Below, piece after piece: positions 27,352 to 39,805 of a stretch of DNA of 64,000 bases. This DNA is from Bacteroidales bacterium (lineage in GTDB: Bacteria > Bacteroidota > Bacteroidia > Bacteroidales > JAFGXI01), in assembly GCA_016936665.1 (NCBI GenBank), contig JAFGXI010000010.1:5868-69867 (forward strand). Direction: 5' to 3'. Within the stretch, counting starts at the first letter, position 1, and each line of letters starts with the position of its first letter. The notes under the pieces were generated by a model that saw nothing but the letters and a program-made list of their open reading frames with translations, did no database searches and was not told the origin of the DNA. A program made the translations under genes and the position numbers.

Positions 27352-30141
27352 ATGCAAACACGAACACTAATTTTTTTAAATCTGATATTATTTATAAATC
27401 TCAACCTAAATGCTCAAAAAAGAGCACTGACAATAGAGGATACCAAATATTGGAACACAATTAACGAAGAAAGCATTTCGAACAACGGGCAATGGATCAG
27501 CTATATAGTAAAACCCAACAAAGGCGATGCAACTTTATATTTGTACAATACTGAAAATGCAAAAAAATGGTCTTTCGAACGAGGCGAAAATTCACAAATA
27601 GGATACAATAATAATCTATTGATTTTCAAAATTAAAGTTCAAGAAGATACTCTTAGGCAAAAGAAACTTGAAAAAGTAAAAAAAGAGGACTTCCCCAGCG
27701 ATAGCCTTGGTATTTATTTTTTCGACCGCGACAGCACCTTAAAAGTAGAGAAATTCGACCGATTCTTATTACCTAAAAAAAACAGTAATTGGTTAGCTTA
27801 TATGTATGAATACAAGGCTCCAAAAGATACTAGCGAAGCTTCAAAAGACAGTAGTAAAACCGAACAAGACAGCAGTAAAACAAAAAAACACGATCAAAAA
27901 GGACATCGCTTAGTTATTCTCGATACAAAAAACATGGCACAGTATATTTTCGATAATATCGATCAATGCGCTGTCTCCGAAAACGGGTTAAATTTCATTT
28001 ACACACAAAACATTACAGACTCTATCGACACAGCAAAAGTCTGGATTTTTAATACACAGAAATCCAAAGAAGAGTTGATTTTTCAACAAACCGGAAAATC
28101 GAATCAGATTAACATTAGCAACAATGGTGAAAAAATGGTGTTTCTATTTTCTCCGGACACCGGCAAAACGAAAAACTACAACTTATGGCTGTACCAATAT
28201 TCATCTAAGCAATTGCAATGTATTGCAAACTCAGGTCATTCATTTATGCCTCAAGACTTTGCCGTTAGTACAAATCAAAAACCTTACTTTTCCGATGCTG
28301 GCAACCGCTTATATTTTGGAATCGCCCCCAAAAATAAACCCGAACCTAAAGACAGTTTGACGGAGGACGAAAAAGTTATACTCGATATTTGGGCGTGGAC
28401 CGATAAGCGACTTCAACCACAACAACTCAAAGAATTAGACAAAGACTTAAAAGAAAGCTTTTTATATGCCTACGAAATAAAAACAAAACAAACTTTTGCC
28501 ATCGAAGACAGCACATGGAGAGCAAAAGTAAGTCGAAAAACCGAACCCTATTATTACCTAGCCGAATCTATTATTCCTTACCAAAAAACAACATCTTGGG
28601 AAGCCGATATTCCTTTCGATTTTAGTTTGATAGACGCAAAAACGGGCCTACGAAAAACACTAGCACTCAATGCTACTTGGGACATTAGAATATCTCCAAG
28701 CGGAATGTGGTCAATTGCCTGGGATCAGCAACTCGAAGAATGGTTACTCATCAACAATAAAACGCTATCAATAAAACATATCAGTAATAATATTGACGAT
28801 ATTTTCTATAACAACGACCACGACACTCCTTCTTTAAGATCTTCGTATGGTATAGTAGGTTGGTCAGAAAATGAAGACTTTGTGTACATCAATGCCAAAT
28901 ACGATATATGGCAATTCAGTACTAATGGCAAAACACAAGCAATATGTTTAACTAAAGGCGAAGGCAAGAAGAATAATACGGAATATCGATATCGAAGATT
29001 AGATAAAGAAGAAATCTACTTACCAAAAGAAGAATGGCTATTATACCATTTTAACGAAGAAACAATGGAAGCTGGTTTCGATCGAATGAACCCAAAAAGT
29101 TTAGAACGCACCATGCTTTTTGAAGGAAATTACACCTATTCTCAAGTTTTAAAAGCTCAAGCAGCCGACGCTCTTATTTGGACTAAAGCTAATTTCAATA
29201 CTTTCCCCGACTTAATATTCAGCAACACCAACTTTGAGTCTGCAAAAACCATTAGTCAAGCCAATCCTCAACAAAATCAATTTTGGTGGGGCAAAATAAG
29301 TTTAACAGAATGGATCGATTATAACGGCGATACGTTGAAAGGCTTATTAATCTTACCCGAAAATTTAGATGCAACAAAACAATATCCGGTTATCGTGTAC
29401 TTCTACGAAAAATATTCGCATCTTCTTAACGTGTATTGGACACCAAAGCCAAGCCATTCTACTATTAATTTTCCGTTTTATACCAGTAACGACTATATCG
29501 TTTTTGTACCAGATATTAACTACAATACCGGCACACCCGGCAGAGATGCTTACAATGCTATAATAAGTGGTGTAGCCCATATCGAGCGTTTACCTTATGT
29601 CGACAGCAAACATATGGGCTTACAAGGCCAATCGTGGGGCGGATACCAAGTTGCTTACTTAATTACACAAACCAATGCTTTTGCTTGTGCTATGGCAGGT
29701 GCTCCGGTTAGCAATATGACAAGTGCATACGGCGGAATCCGTTGGGAAAGCGGAATGAGTAGAATGTTTCAATACGAACATACGCAAAGCCGAATTGGAG
29801 GTACTTTGTGGGAACGCCGAGATAAATACATTGAAAATTCACCGGTCTTTTTTGCCGATAGAGTTAACACCCCACTTCTAATAATGCACAACGATGGCGA
29901 TGGCGCAGTGCCATGGAATCAAGGCATAGAATATTTTGTAGCGCTCCGTCGATTAAACAAACCGGTTTGGATGCTCAATTACAACGGCGATGAACACAAT
30001 TTAATGAAATGGCCAAACCGAGTTGATTTATCGATTAGGATGTTTTCTTTTTTCGAACATTATTTAAAAGGAAAAGAAGCTCCCGAATGGATGGTAAAAG
30101 GATTGCCTGCAACTTTAAAAGGCAAAACCCTCAGATATTAA
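27352..30141 (+). CDS. S9 (prolyl oligopeptidase family) serine peptidase, secreted
   Basis: The signal peptide MQTRTLIFLNLILFINLNLNAQ starts at ATG 27352. A long beta-propeller-like N-region precedes the C-terminal catalytic triad context GQSWGGY (Ser), HNDGDGAVP (Asp), GDEHNL (His). Confidence 0.85.
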   Translation: MQTRTLIFLNLILFINLNLNAQKRALTIEDTKYWNTINEESISNNGQWISYIVKPNKGDATLYLYNTENAKKWSFERGENSQIGYNNNLLIFKIKVQEDTLRQKKLEKVKKEDFPSDSLGIYFFDRDSTLKVEKFDRFLLPKKNSNWLAYMYEYKAPKDTSEASKDSSKTEQDSSKTKKHDQKGHRLVILDTKNMAQYIFDNIDQCAVSENGLNFIYTQNITDSIDTAKVWIFNTQKSKEELIFQQTGKSNQINISNNGEKMVFLFSPDTGKTKNYNLWLYQYSSKQLQCIANSGHSFMPQDFAVSTNQKPYFSDAGNRLYFGIAPKNKPEPKDSLTEDEKVILDIWAWTDKRLQPQQLKELDKDLKESFLYAYEIKTKQTFAIEDSTWRAKVSRKTEPYYYLAESIIPYQKTTSWEADIPFDFSLIDAKTGLRKTLALNATWDIRISPSGMWSIAWDQQLEEWLLINNKTLSIKHISNNIDDIFYNNDHDTPSLRSSYGIVGWSENEDFVYINAKYDIWQFSTNGKTQAICLTKGEGKKNNTEYRYRRLDKEEIYLPKEEWLLYHFNEETMEAGFDRMNPKSLERTMLFEGNYTYSQVLKAQAADALIWTKANFNTFPDLIFSNTNFESAKTISQANPQQNQFWWGKISLTEWIDYNGDTLKGLLILPENLDATKQYPVIVYFYEKYSHLLNVYWTPKPSHSTINFPFYTSNDYIVFVPDINYNTGTPGRDAYNAIISGVAHIERLPYVDSKHMGLQGQSWGGYQVAYLITQTNAFACAMAGAPVSNMTSAYGGIRWESGMSRMFQYEHTQSRIGGTLWERRDKYIENSPVFFADRVNTPLLIMHNDGDGAVPWNQGIEYFVALRRLNKPVWMLNYNGDEHNLMKWPNRVDLSIRMFSFFEHYLKGKEAPEWMVKGLPATLKGKTLRY

Positions 30142-30147
30142 AAAAAG

Positions 30148-30180
30148 AAAAGCCGAGTTTAACTCGGCTTTCTTTATTTT
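30148..30180. terminator. Bidirectional rho-independent terminator between convergent genes
   Basis: AAAAGCCGAG-TTTAA-CTCGGCTTT, flanked by an A-run upstream and T-rich sequence downstream. Confidence 0.7.
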
Positions 30181-30461
30181 TTTATAATCAGCTTACTTAA
30201 TTTTTCGAAAGCCTGGTCAGCATTTTCGGTAAGTTCTTTATAAATTTCTCTATAATATGCTCTAGTTGCCGATCTTGGTGCTTTAGTTTGTTGATTTACC
30301 TTATCGAACAATTCGTTCCTTTTTTGCAACGATCTTGAAATTAATCCCAAAACTTCGTCGTGTCTCTCATCATGACCATATTCTAAATGCAACATACAAT
30401 CGTGAACAATTGTGTAAGTTACATACTCAATATCTTTTTTAACATTACGCTTTGTTGCCAT
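30174..30461 (-). CDS. Hypothetical small protein (95 aa)
   Basis: Open frame with ATG at 30459-30461 (MATKRNVKKD). Charged, helical-looking composition and no recognised domain. Confidence 0.45.
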   Translation of the reverse strand: MATKRNVKKDIEYVTYTIVHDCMLHLEYGHDERHDEVLGLISRSLQKRNELFDKVNQQTKAPRSATRAYYREIYKELTENADQAFEKLSKLIIKK

Positions 30462-30669
30462 AACTATCAAATTAAAAATTTTGTCAAAGTTAAATGTTCT
30501 TTCTTAAATCGACCGCTTATTTTTCTTTTTTTATAACTATCCTAAATCTAGGAAAACTTTTCAAAAACAAAATGTAAATACCTAAAATAATATATTATTT
30601 GTTGAAAACCTTGTTAATAAAACTAATGATTTACAAGACGTAATCAAAGGCTATCCGTGCGTAATAAGT

Positions 30670-30677
30670 TATCTTTG
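30670..30677 (+). promoter_or_regulatory. Candidate -7 promoter box (TAtcTTTG) for gyrB
   Basis: Matches TAnnTTTG 68 nt upstream of ATG 30745. Confidence 0.3.
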
Positions 30678-30735
30678 TTTTTGCATATAAAAACACGAGA
30701 TTTAAGCTCATTTTAAGACATAGACAAAGAAATAA

Positions 30736-32691
<1,956 letters not shown>

Positions 32692-32719
32692 AAATGATTA
32701 TCTAAACAAAAAAATCCTA

Positions 32720-32760
32720 AAACAACCACTTGGCATTTGCCGGATGGTTGTTTTTTTTTA
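32720..32760 (+). terminator. Rho-independent terminator after gyrB
   Basis: Stem AACAACCA (32721-32728)/TGGTTGTT (32745-32752) with an inner GGCA..TGCC pairing, followed by a 9-T run. This also argues against the TTG start at 32737. Confidence 0.6.
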
Positions 32761-32769
32761 CCATACAAA

Positions 32770-35250
32770 ATGAGTAAAATTCTTAGCATATTTCTTTTAA
32801 TAATACCATTGGTTTTCTTCGGACAAACCCATATCGAAGGTGAAATAGTTGACAGCGAAACCAACCAGCCCTTACCCTTTGTTAATATTGTTTACAACAG
32901 CACACAACGCCTTGGTACAACCAGCGATTTGGATGGGAAATTTATTATAAATGCAAAATCAGCCATTCAAATCGTTGAGTTTAGCTTTATCGGATACCAA
33001 ACCCAATCCATTCGCATAGTTGCATCGAATCCTCACCTAAAAATCAAATTGATTCCCGAAGCATTAGAACTCCAAAGCGTCGATGTACTACCTGGAGAGA
33101 ATCCGGCTCATAGAATCATTAACAAAGCCATAGAAAACAGATCGAAGAACAACCCCGAATCGCTGTCTTCATTTAGCTATGAGACATACAGCAAGATGTT
33201 TTTTACCTTCGATATGTTCTTCTACAAAAATGGAGATACTTTAACCAGCGAGGAACTAACCTTTGGCGATACCTTAACACATGCCGATAGCAGTATTCAA
33301 GATATTAATCAGTTTAAAAACGATCAGTATTTGTTTTTAATGGAATCTATAACTGAAAAAAAATACAAAAGGCCAGGCAAAATAAGCGAAAAAGTGGTTG
33401 CTTCCCGAGTTTCAGGATTAAAAAATCCTGTTTTTGCTTTAATTGGCACCCAACTACAATCCTTCACCATTTACAAAGACTACATTAGTGTGGCCGGCAA
33501 AAACTACTTAAGCCCACTATCGATAAACAGTACACGGCAATATCTCTTTTTAATGGAGGATACATTGATAAACGAAACAGGCGATACCACTTATACCCTT
33601 TCTTACCGACCAAGAAAAAGCAAGAATTTCGATGGACTCGAAGGCGTTCTGCAAATCAACACCAAACAGTTTGCTGTCGAAAATTTTTCCACAAAGCCAG
33701 TTAGTCAAGAAGGCTACGAAGTCACCATTCGGCAGAAATATGAATGGTTGAGCGATAGCGCATGGTTTCCGACTCAGCTCGATGCCAACTTTACCTTTAA
33801 AAATTTAATTCAGCCCGAATTGCAGGAAACATTTTTAGAAAACGGAAAAACATCGAGCAGTGCCTATATCTACGGAAAAGCAAAAACCTACATCCGACAT
33901 ATCGACTTAAATCCGGAAGTAAAAAACAAGGAATTTTCTCACATCAATGTCGATTATAAAGAAGATGCAAATACAAAGGATACAGCTTTTTGGAATAAAT
34001 ATCGAATAACACCGCTAACACAAAAAGAAATTAATACCTATAAAACAATCGACAGCTTAGGCGACGAACTAAACTTAGATAAAAAAATGAGATGGCTGAC
34101 TTATTTAACCAAAGGCCAAATTCCTGTTGGGCCACTAGCCATTGAATTAAACCAATTAATGAACTACAATATTGCCGAAGGTTTTCGATTAGGCTTAGGT
34201 TTATCGACCAACGAAAAAGTAAGTAAACACGGTACAATCAATGCTTACTTTGCTTATGGTTTTGGCGACAAACAATGGAAGTACGGAAGCAAACTCAAAT
34301 TCAATCTACGCGACCAATACGATTCATATTTAGGATTTCAATACAAAAACGATATTTACGAAATTGGCTCTTTTAAATATTTAGAGGCCAATAGTATGCT
34401 CAGTCAAGACAATTTCAGAGATTATTTGATTCGCAATATTTATTACCACGAAACCGTAGAAGCCGATCTTGAACTAAGATTCTTATATTTCTTAAAAACT
34501 CGATTTTATGCGCAATATTCTAAAGTAGATTTAAGCCAAACACAATATGAACTGGACGCAAACACTTCGGAAAACAATCGTTTCGAAATTCCGGAGTACG
34601 GCCTTCAAATTCGTTATGCATATCAAGAAACCTATATCCGTACCCCCATGGGGATACAAGCATTAAAAACAAAATACCCCGTACTATTTTTAAACCTTAG
34701 TAAATCGTTGGTTTACGACAATTACACACTCGATTACACAAGAATTTGGGGGAAAATTGACAAGCGTTTTTTAATTAGAAATCTAGGAATAAGTACGATC
34801 AGCTTGCAAGCAGGGTATGTTTTTGGCGACATACCATATTTCAAACTCTTTAATGGTCGCGGAAGCTACTATCCTTTTTCAATCGTTGCATACAATAGTT
34901 TTGGAACGATGGGCGTAAGTGAATTTATCAATTCCGAATTTATTTATTTTTTTTATCGCCATAGCTTCGGAAAACTATTGTTTAAAACAGATTGGTTTCA
35001 ACCGGAAATTTCGATTGTTCAAAATATGGGTTGGGGTCGAATACAAAATCCGGAGCAGCATTTAGGACTAGGTTTTAAAAGTATGGAGCAAGGCTTTTTC
35101 GAATCCGGCTTAGTTGTCGACAATATTTTTGCTAGTAATTCCTACGGTTACGGTATAGCGGTATACTACCGTTACGGACCTTATGCGTTCAGCAAGCCCT
35201 TCGAAAATTTAGGGTTTAAATTAAGTTTAAAATTTAATCTTGCTCAGTAA
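32770..35250 (+). CDS. Carboxypeptidase-regulatory-like domain plus DUF5686-type outer-membrane protein
   Basis: Signal peptide MSKILSIFLLIIPLVFFGQ and a CarboxypepD_reg-like region (GEIVDSETNQPLPFVNIVYNS..GTTSDLDGKFII). The ~830-aa length is typical of the DUF5686 family as I recall it. Confidence 0.7.
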   Translation: MSKILSIFLLIIPLVFFGQTHIEGEIVDSETNQPLPFVNIVYNSTQRLGTTSDLDGKFIINAKSAIQIVEFSFIGYQTQSIRIVASNPHLKIKLIPEALELQSVDVLPGENPAHRIINKAIENRSKNNPESLSSFSYETYSKMFFTFDMFFYKNGDTLTSEELTFGDTLTHADSSIQDINQFKNDQYLFLMESITEKKYKRPGKISEKVVASRVSGLKNPVFALIGTQLQSFTIYKDYISVAGKNYLSPLSINSTRQYLFLMEDTLINETGDTTYTLSYRPRKSKNFDGLEGVLQINTKQFAVENFSTKPVSQEGYEVTIRQKYEWLSDSAWFPTQLDANFTFKNLIQPELQETFLENGKTSSSAYIYGKAKTYIRHIDLNPEVKNKEFSHINVDYKEDANTKDTAFWNKYRITPLTQKEINTYKTIDSLGDELNLDKKMRWLTYLTKGQIPVGPLAIELNQLMNYNIAEGFRLGLGLSTNEKVSKHGTINAYFAYGFGDKQWKYGSKLKFNLRDQYDSYLGFQYKNDIYEIGSFKYLEANSMLSQDNFRDYLIRNIYYHETVEADLELRFLYFLKTRFYAQYSKVDLSQTQYELDANTSENNRFEIPEYGLQIRYAYQETYIRTPMGIQALKTKYPVLFLNLSKSLVYDNYTLDYTRIWGKIDKRFLIRNLGISTISLQAGYVFGDIPYFKLFNGRGSYYPFSIVAYNSFGTMGVSEFINSEFIYFFYRHSFGKLLFKTDWFQPEISIVQNMGWGRIQNPEQHLGLGFKSMEQGFFESGLVVDNIFASNSYGYGIAVYYRYGPYAFSKPFENLGFKLSLKFNLAQ

Positions 35251-35262
35251 AAGAGCTTCATC

Positions 35263-35270
35263 TATCTTTG
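35263..35270 (+). promoter_or_regulatory. Candidate -7 promoter box (TAtcTTTG) for era
   Basis: Matches TAnnTTTG 24 nt upstream of ATG 35294. Confidence 0.3.
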
Positions 35271-35293
35271 CATAATATTTTCGATTGAATAAA

Positions 35294-36175
35294 ATGGCAC
35301 ACAAAGCAGGATTTGTAAATATCATTGGCAACCCCAATGTTGGTAAATCGACATTGATGAACGTTTTTGTAGGTGAAAAACTTTCTATCATCACATCTAA
35401 GTCTCAAACCACAAGGCACAGAATCTTAGGCATCGTCAACGGCGAAGATTTTCAGATTGTTTATTCCGATACGCCCGGTGTAATAAAACCGGCATATAAA
35501 CTGCAAGAAAGCATGCTTAGCTTTTCGAAGTCGGCATTATCGGATGCCGATGTTTTACTTTATGTAACTGATATCTACGAAAAGTCCGATAAAAATGCAG
35601 AATTTTTAAGCATGGTAAAGCAAGCTCAAGTACCTGTGTTATTAATTATTAACAAAATAGATCAAAGCACACCGGAACAGCTCGACGAGTTAGTAGATAT
35701 GTGGCACAACGAATTTCCGAATGCAGAAATTATTCCGACCAGCGCTATTAAATCTTTTAATACCGAAAATATTTTTAATCGCATATTGGAATTATTACCC
35801 GAAAGCGAGCCTTTTTACCCTAAAGATGCTTTAACCGATAAAACAGAGCGATTCTTCGTTCAAGAAATTATTCGCGAAAAAATACTCAAATACTACAAAA
35901 AAGAAATTCCTTACGCTACCGAAATCGAAGTCGAAGAATTTAAAGAAGATGCTAAAATGATTCGCATGCGTGCTATCATCTACGTCGAACGCGAGACACA
36001 AAAAGGCATTATTATAGGGCACAAAGGCATCGCAATCAAAAAAGTAGGCGTAGAATCGCGCAAAGATTTAGAGCAGTTTTTCGACAAACAAGTTCATATA
36101 GAATTATTTGTAAAAGTGCGTAAAGACTGGAGAAACAAAGAAGACGATTTACGTCAATTCGGATATCAAAATTAA
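35294..36175 (+). CDS. era: GTPase Era
   Basis: G1 motif GNPNVGKST, G3 motif DTPG, G4 motif NKID, and a C-terminal KH domain (VERETQKGIIIGHKGIAIKKVG). Confidence 0.95.
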   Translation: MAHKAGFVNIIGNPNVGKSTLMNVFVGEKLSIITSKSQTTRHRILGIVNGEDFQIVYSDTPGVIKPAYKLQESMLSFSKSALSDADVLLYVTDIYEKSDKNAEFLSMVKQAQVPVLLIINKIDQSTPEQLDELVDMWHNEFPNAEIIPTSAIKSFNTENIFNRILELLPESEPFYPKDALTDKTERFFVQEIIREKILKYYKKEIPYATEIEVEEFKEDAKMIRMRAIIYVERETQKGIIIGHKGIAIKKVGVESRKDLEQFFDKQVHIELFVKVRKDWRNKEDDLRQFGYQN

Positions 36176-36187
36176 AATTATACCATA

Positions 36188-37642
36188 ATGAGAATCTTAG
36201 ATCAATTAGAACCGAAAGAAATTTGGCAAATCTTCGAAGACATTTGTCAAGTTCCAAGGCCTTCTAAAAAAGAACATCAAATTATTGATTTTCTATTAAA
36301 TTGGGCTGAAGCCAACAATATAACCGCTAAACGCGATAAAGCAGGAAATGTTTTAATGAGCAAGCCTGCCACACCGGGTAAAGAACATGTAAGACCCGTA
36401 GTGATGCAAAGCCACATGGATATGGTTTGCGAAAAGAACAGCGATGTAGAATTTAATTTCGAAACCGATGCTATCGTTCCCCGCATCAATGGCGAATGGG
36501 TTAAAGCCACAGGCACTACATTGGGTGCCGACGATGGAATAGGAATGGCTGCTCAAATGGCCGTTTTATTGTCTACCGACATTACACATGGTCCTATCGA
36601 AGCTCTATTTACAGTTGATGAAGAAACTGGGCTCACCGGAGCCTTCGAGTTAGAACCTAACTTTTTCACAGCTAAAACATTAATTAATCTCGACTCCGAA
36701 GATGAAGGCGAACTGTTTATCGGTTGTGCCGGGGGAATAGACACCATGGCTACTTTCGATTTCGAAGAAGAAGCTGTTCCAGAAAATCATTCAGCATTTA
36801 AAATTGAAGTTAAAGGCTTAAACGGTGGTCATTCCGGCGACGATATTAATAAAGGTTATGGCAATGCCAATAAAATATTGACTCGCATACTATGGAATAG
36901 CGATCAGTTTGAACTACGCATTGCCGATATGCAAGGCGGAAATCTTCGAAATGCCATTGCTCGCGAAGCTTGGGCTATAGTGACTGTTCACAACAATTCA
37001 AAAGATGAGTTCAAAGCTTTATTCGAACAATACAGCTCAGATGTGAAAAACGAGCTAAAAGCCACAGAAAAGAATTTGAGTTTGACTTTAAGTGAAGTAG
37101 ATATGCCTGCTTGGGTTATCGACGAAGAAACACACTACAATTTGGTAAATGCCTTATACGCTTGCCCTCATGGCGTTATTGCCATGAGTCGCGATATGGA
37201 CAATATGGTTGAAACCTCTACAAACCTTGCCTCGGTAAAAATTTATAAAAAAGATCACGAAATAAAAGTAGCTACTAGTCAGCGGAGCTCTGTAGAATCG
37301 TCGAAACACGATATTGCGAGTATGGTCGAAAGTGTGTTTTTGTTGGCCGATGCAAAAGTGGAGCACGGCGATGGTTATCCGGGATGGGCTCCTAACACCA
37401 ACTCCGAAATCATGAAACACACCGCAAAATCTTATGAAAAGTTATTCGGTATTAAACCTATTGTGCGTTCGATCCATGCAGGATTGGAGTGTGGATTATT
37501 TCTCGAAAAATACCCCGACTTAGATATGATTTCCTTCGGACCTACGCTAAGAGCAGTTCATTCGCCCGATGAGCGTATCGAAATTAAAAGTGTAGAAAAA
37601 TTCTGGAAACATTTGAAAGATGTTTTAGAAACAATTCAATAA
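36188..37642 (+). CDS. pepD: Aminoacyl-histidine (Xaa-His) dipeptidase, M20 family
   Basis: Close by-eye match to the E. coli PepD N-terminus (PKEIWQIFEDICQVPRPS, MQSHMDMV, INGEWVKATGTTLGADDGIGMA). 484 aa. Confidence 0.9.
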   Translation: MRILDQLEPKEIWQIFEDICQVPRPSKKEHQIIDFLLNWAEANNITAKRDKAGNVLMSKPATPGKEHVRPVVMQSHMDMVCEKNSDVEFNFETDAIVPRINGEWVKATGTTLGADDGIGMAAQMAVLLSTDITHGPIEALFTVDEETGLTGAFELEPNFFTAKTLINLDSEDEGELFIGCAGGIDTMATFDFEEEAVPENHSAFKIEVKGLNGGHSGDDINKGYGNANKILTRILWNSDQFELRIADMQGGNLRNAIAREAWAIVTVHNNSKDEFKALFEQYSSDVKNELKATEKNLSLTLSEVDMPAWVIDEETHYNLVNALYACPHGVIAMSRDMDNMVETSTNLASVKIYKKDHEIKVATSQRSSVESSKHDIASMVESVFLLADAKVEHGDGYPGWAPNTNSEIMKHTAKSYEKLFGIKPIVRSIHAGLECGLFLEKYPDLDMISFGPTLRAVHSPDERIEIKSVEKFWKHLKDVLETIQ

Positions 37643-37648
37643 TAAATC

Positions 37649-37675
37649 AAGCCGAGTTTTTCTCGGCTTTTTTAT
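37649..37675 (+). terminator. Rho-independent terminator after pepD
   Basis: AAGCCGAG-TTTTT-CTCGGCTT followed by a T-run. Confidence 0.78.
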
Positions 37676-37782
37676 TGATATTCTGTGAGTTAATATAGCT
37701 TTAAAAATTATAAACTTAAAAAAATCGATTTTTTATTTCGAATGGATGTAATATTTTTATTCATGCTCGTCTACGCAGTAGA

Positions 37783-38289
37783 ATGAATAAGATAGAATAC
37801 CAAAATATTATCGATCAGTTAAAGCATAAAGTGTTTCGTTTTGCAAGAACACTGCTCAACAACAACACCGATGCCGAAGACATCACACAAGATGTAATGG
37901 AGAAATTCTGGAGACAGAAAGATCAACTAAAAGATATCAACAATATTGAATCATACGTCATTCAATCGACAAAGCATTTATGTTACGATCATCTTCGACG
38001 TAAAATGGTGATTGTGAAAAACAACGAATCTTTAATGCATACTCAGAATGTGAGTACAAATGATGACGAAAACGTCGAGAAACCTGAAGATATAAAAAAC
38101 ATTATACGTCTAGCAATTAACCAACTACCCGAAAAGCAAAAAACAATAATGCATTTACGCGATATTGAAGGTTACGATTTTGAAGAAATAGCAAGCATTA
38201 CCAATCTCGAAATCAATGCTATACGCGTTAATCTTTCGCGTGCAAGACAATCGGTTAGAGATGCCCTAATAAAAAATAAAAGCTTATGA
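37783..38289 (+). CDS. ECF-type RNA polymerase sigma-70 factor
   Basis: Region 2 reads DAEDITQDVMEKFW. Region 4 has an HTH (LPEKQKTIMHLRDIEGYDFEEIASITNLEINAIRVNLSRARQ). Confidence 0.85.
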   Translation: MNKIEYQNIIDQLKHKVFRFARTLLNNNTDAEDITQDVMEKFWRQKDQLKDINNIESYVIQSTKHLCYDHLRRKMVIVKNNESLMHTQNVSTNDDENVEKPEDIKNIIRLAINQLPEKQKTIMHLRDIEGYDFEEIASITNLEINAIRVNLSRARQSVRDALIKNKSL

Positions 38290-38747
38290 ACTCCAACAAA
38301 ATAAAAATATTATTAGAAAAATACTTCGAGGGTAATACCAATTTATCTGAAGAACAAATACTAAAAGCATATTTTAGCAAGACTGAATCTATACCTCAAG
38401 ACCTAGCCTATGCAAAGTCTTTTTTCAATTATCTTGAAGATGAAAAAAACATCCGATACGCTGAAAAGAAAAAGAAGAAGTATATTGGACTGTGGATTAG
38501 TTCGATAGCAGCTAGTCTAATATTAATTGGCCTCATCATTTTTCAGAATATAAATCCGGCACAAGAAAATACTATTGTTTATGCCTATGTAAACGGCAAA
38601 GCAATTACCAATAAAGCAGAAGCGATGGCTTATACGCGTGAAGCTATGGCAACTGTTTCTAAGAATTTAGATAAAGGTACCAAGCATCTAAATCAACTTC
38701 AACAATTCAACAAAGTAGAACAATTAATTAAAAAAGAAAGACAATGA
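38286..38747 (+). CDS. Putative single-pass membrane anti-sigma factor
   Basis: ATGA overlap with the sigma gene. A single TM helix (IGLWISSIAASLILIGLIIF) follows a short cytoplasmic N-domain. Confidence 0.5.
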   Translation: MNSNKIKILLEKYFEGNTNLSEEQILKAYFSKTESIPQDLAYAKSFFNYLEDEKNIRYAEKKKKKYIGLWISSIAASLILIGLIIFQNINPAQENTIVYAYVNGKAITNKAEAMAYTREAMATVSKNLDKGTKHLNQLQQFNKVEQLIKKERQ

Positions 38748-39262
38748 AAACAATAATTTTTATAGCAAGTTTGTTTATTATTCAGATAACAAGCGCTCAA
38801 ACTCCAGCCTCAATACTCTTCGAGAAACACAGTGGTCAAGAGGGATTTACGTCCATTTACATTACTCATTACATGTTCGATTTGTTTGCTAAAATTGCCA
38901 ACGACGAAGAGGATAAAGAATTTCATGATATCACTTCAAAATTAAAATCAATTAAGATTTTAACGGTCGACTCTGCCTTCGAAGGCAGTCATTCCAATCA
39001 GTTTTTAAAAGAAATCGATGCCTTAATAAAAGGGCAATACAACGAAATGATGATTATTAAAGATGGTAAAGAAACTGTAAAATTTTTGGTGTACGAGCGT
39101 AACGACAAAATCTCGGAATTTTTAATGTATGTTTACGGCGAAAGCGAGCCCGTACTCATTTTTATCGAAGGCGAGATTAACTTAAAAGACTTATCGAAAC
39201 TCTCTAAAACCATGGATGTAAAAGGGTTTGAACATCTCGAAGATATTGATAAAAACAAATAA
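38744..39262 (+). CDS. DUF4252-type secreted protein (copy 1)
   Basis: Signal peptide; about 170 aa. The pattern F.K....EGFTSIYIT..MF ... LKSIKIL ... YNEMMIIKDGKETVKFL ... IEGEINLKDLSKL is typical of DUF4252 proteins next to ECF sigma genes. Confidence 0.6.
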   Translation: MKTIIFIASLFIIQITSAQTPASILFEKHSGQEGFTSIYITHYMFDLFAKIANDEEDKEFHDITSKLKSIKILTVDSAFEGSHSNQFLKEIDALIKGQYNEMMIIKDGKETVKFLVYERNDKISEFLMYVYGESEPVLIFIEGEINLKDLSKLSKTMDVKGFEHLEDIDKNK

Positions 39263-39274
39263 TAAACCTGAACA

Positions 39275-39793
39275 ATGCGAAACTGGATAAATATCACTAT
39301 AATCAGCCTGTTATTGACGGGCTGTTTAGGAGCCAAGTACACCAAAGGTTATCACGATTTTTATAAAAAATATAAAGGTTCTCAGGAAGTGGTTTCCTTC
39401 AAACTTCCAAAAACTTTAATTTGGTTTTTCCTTTTAGACGAAGAGTCTAAAGAAGCCCGAAAGGCTTTAAAAAACGTCGATCATATCAACTTTTTTATTG
39501 CCGACGATAGCACAAAAACACTGCTGAAGATTCTTTACAATTATTTGCCGGAATCTGAGTATAAAGACGCGATGATTATCAAAGACGGGAACGACATAAT
39601 CACCTTTAAAGCACGAGAAAACGACAAAGGCATTACCGAAATGTTAATGTTGATAGAATCGGAAGATAGTTTTGTGGTGATGAACATAGAAGGCAAGTTC
39701 ACCTACGACGACATGAAAACTTTCACCCAATCTGTCGATGTAAAAAAAGTATCTTCAGCTGAAAGTTCTCAGGGCAAAGAGGATGATGAGTAA
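39275..39793 (+). CDS. DUF4252-type lipoprotein (copy 2, paralog of the preceding gene)
   Basis: Lipobox LLLTGC. Shares YKDAMIIKDGNDIITF and NIEGKFTYDDMKTF with the same positions in copy 1. Confidence 0.6.
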   Translation: MRNWINITIISLLLTGCLGAKYTKGYHDFYKKYKGSQEVVSFKLPKTLIWFFLLDEESKEARKALKNVDHINFFIADDSTKTLLKILYNYLPESEYKDAMIIKDGNDIITFKARENDKGITEMLMLIESEDSFVVMNIEGKFTYDDMKTFTQSVDVKKVSSAESSQGKEDDE

Positions 39794-39805
39794 ATTTATG
39801 TAGCT

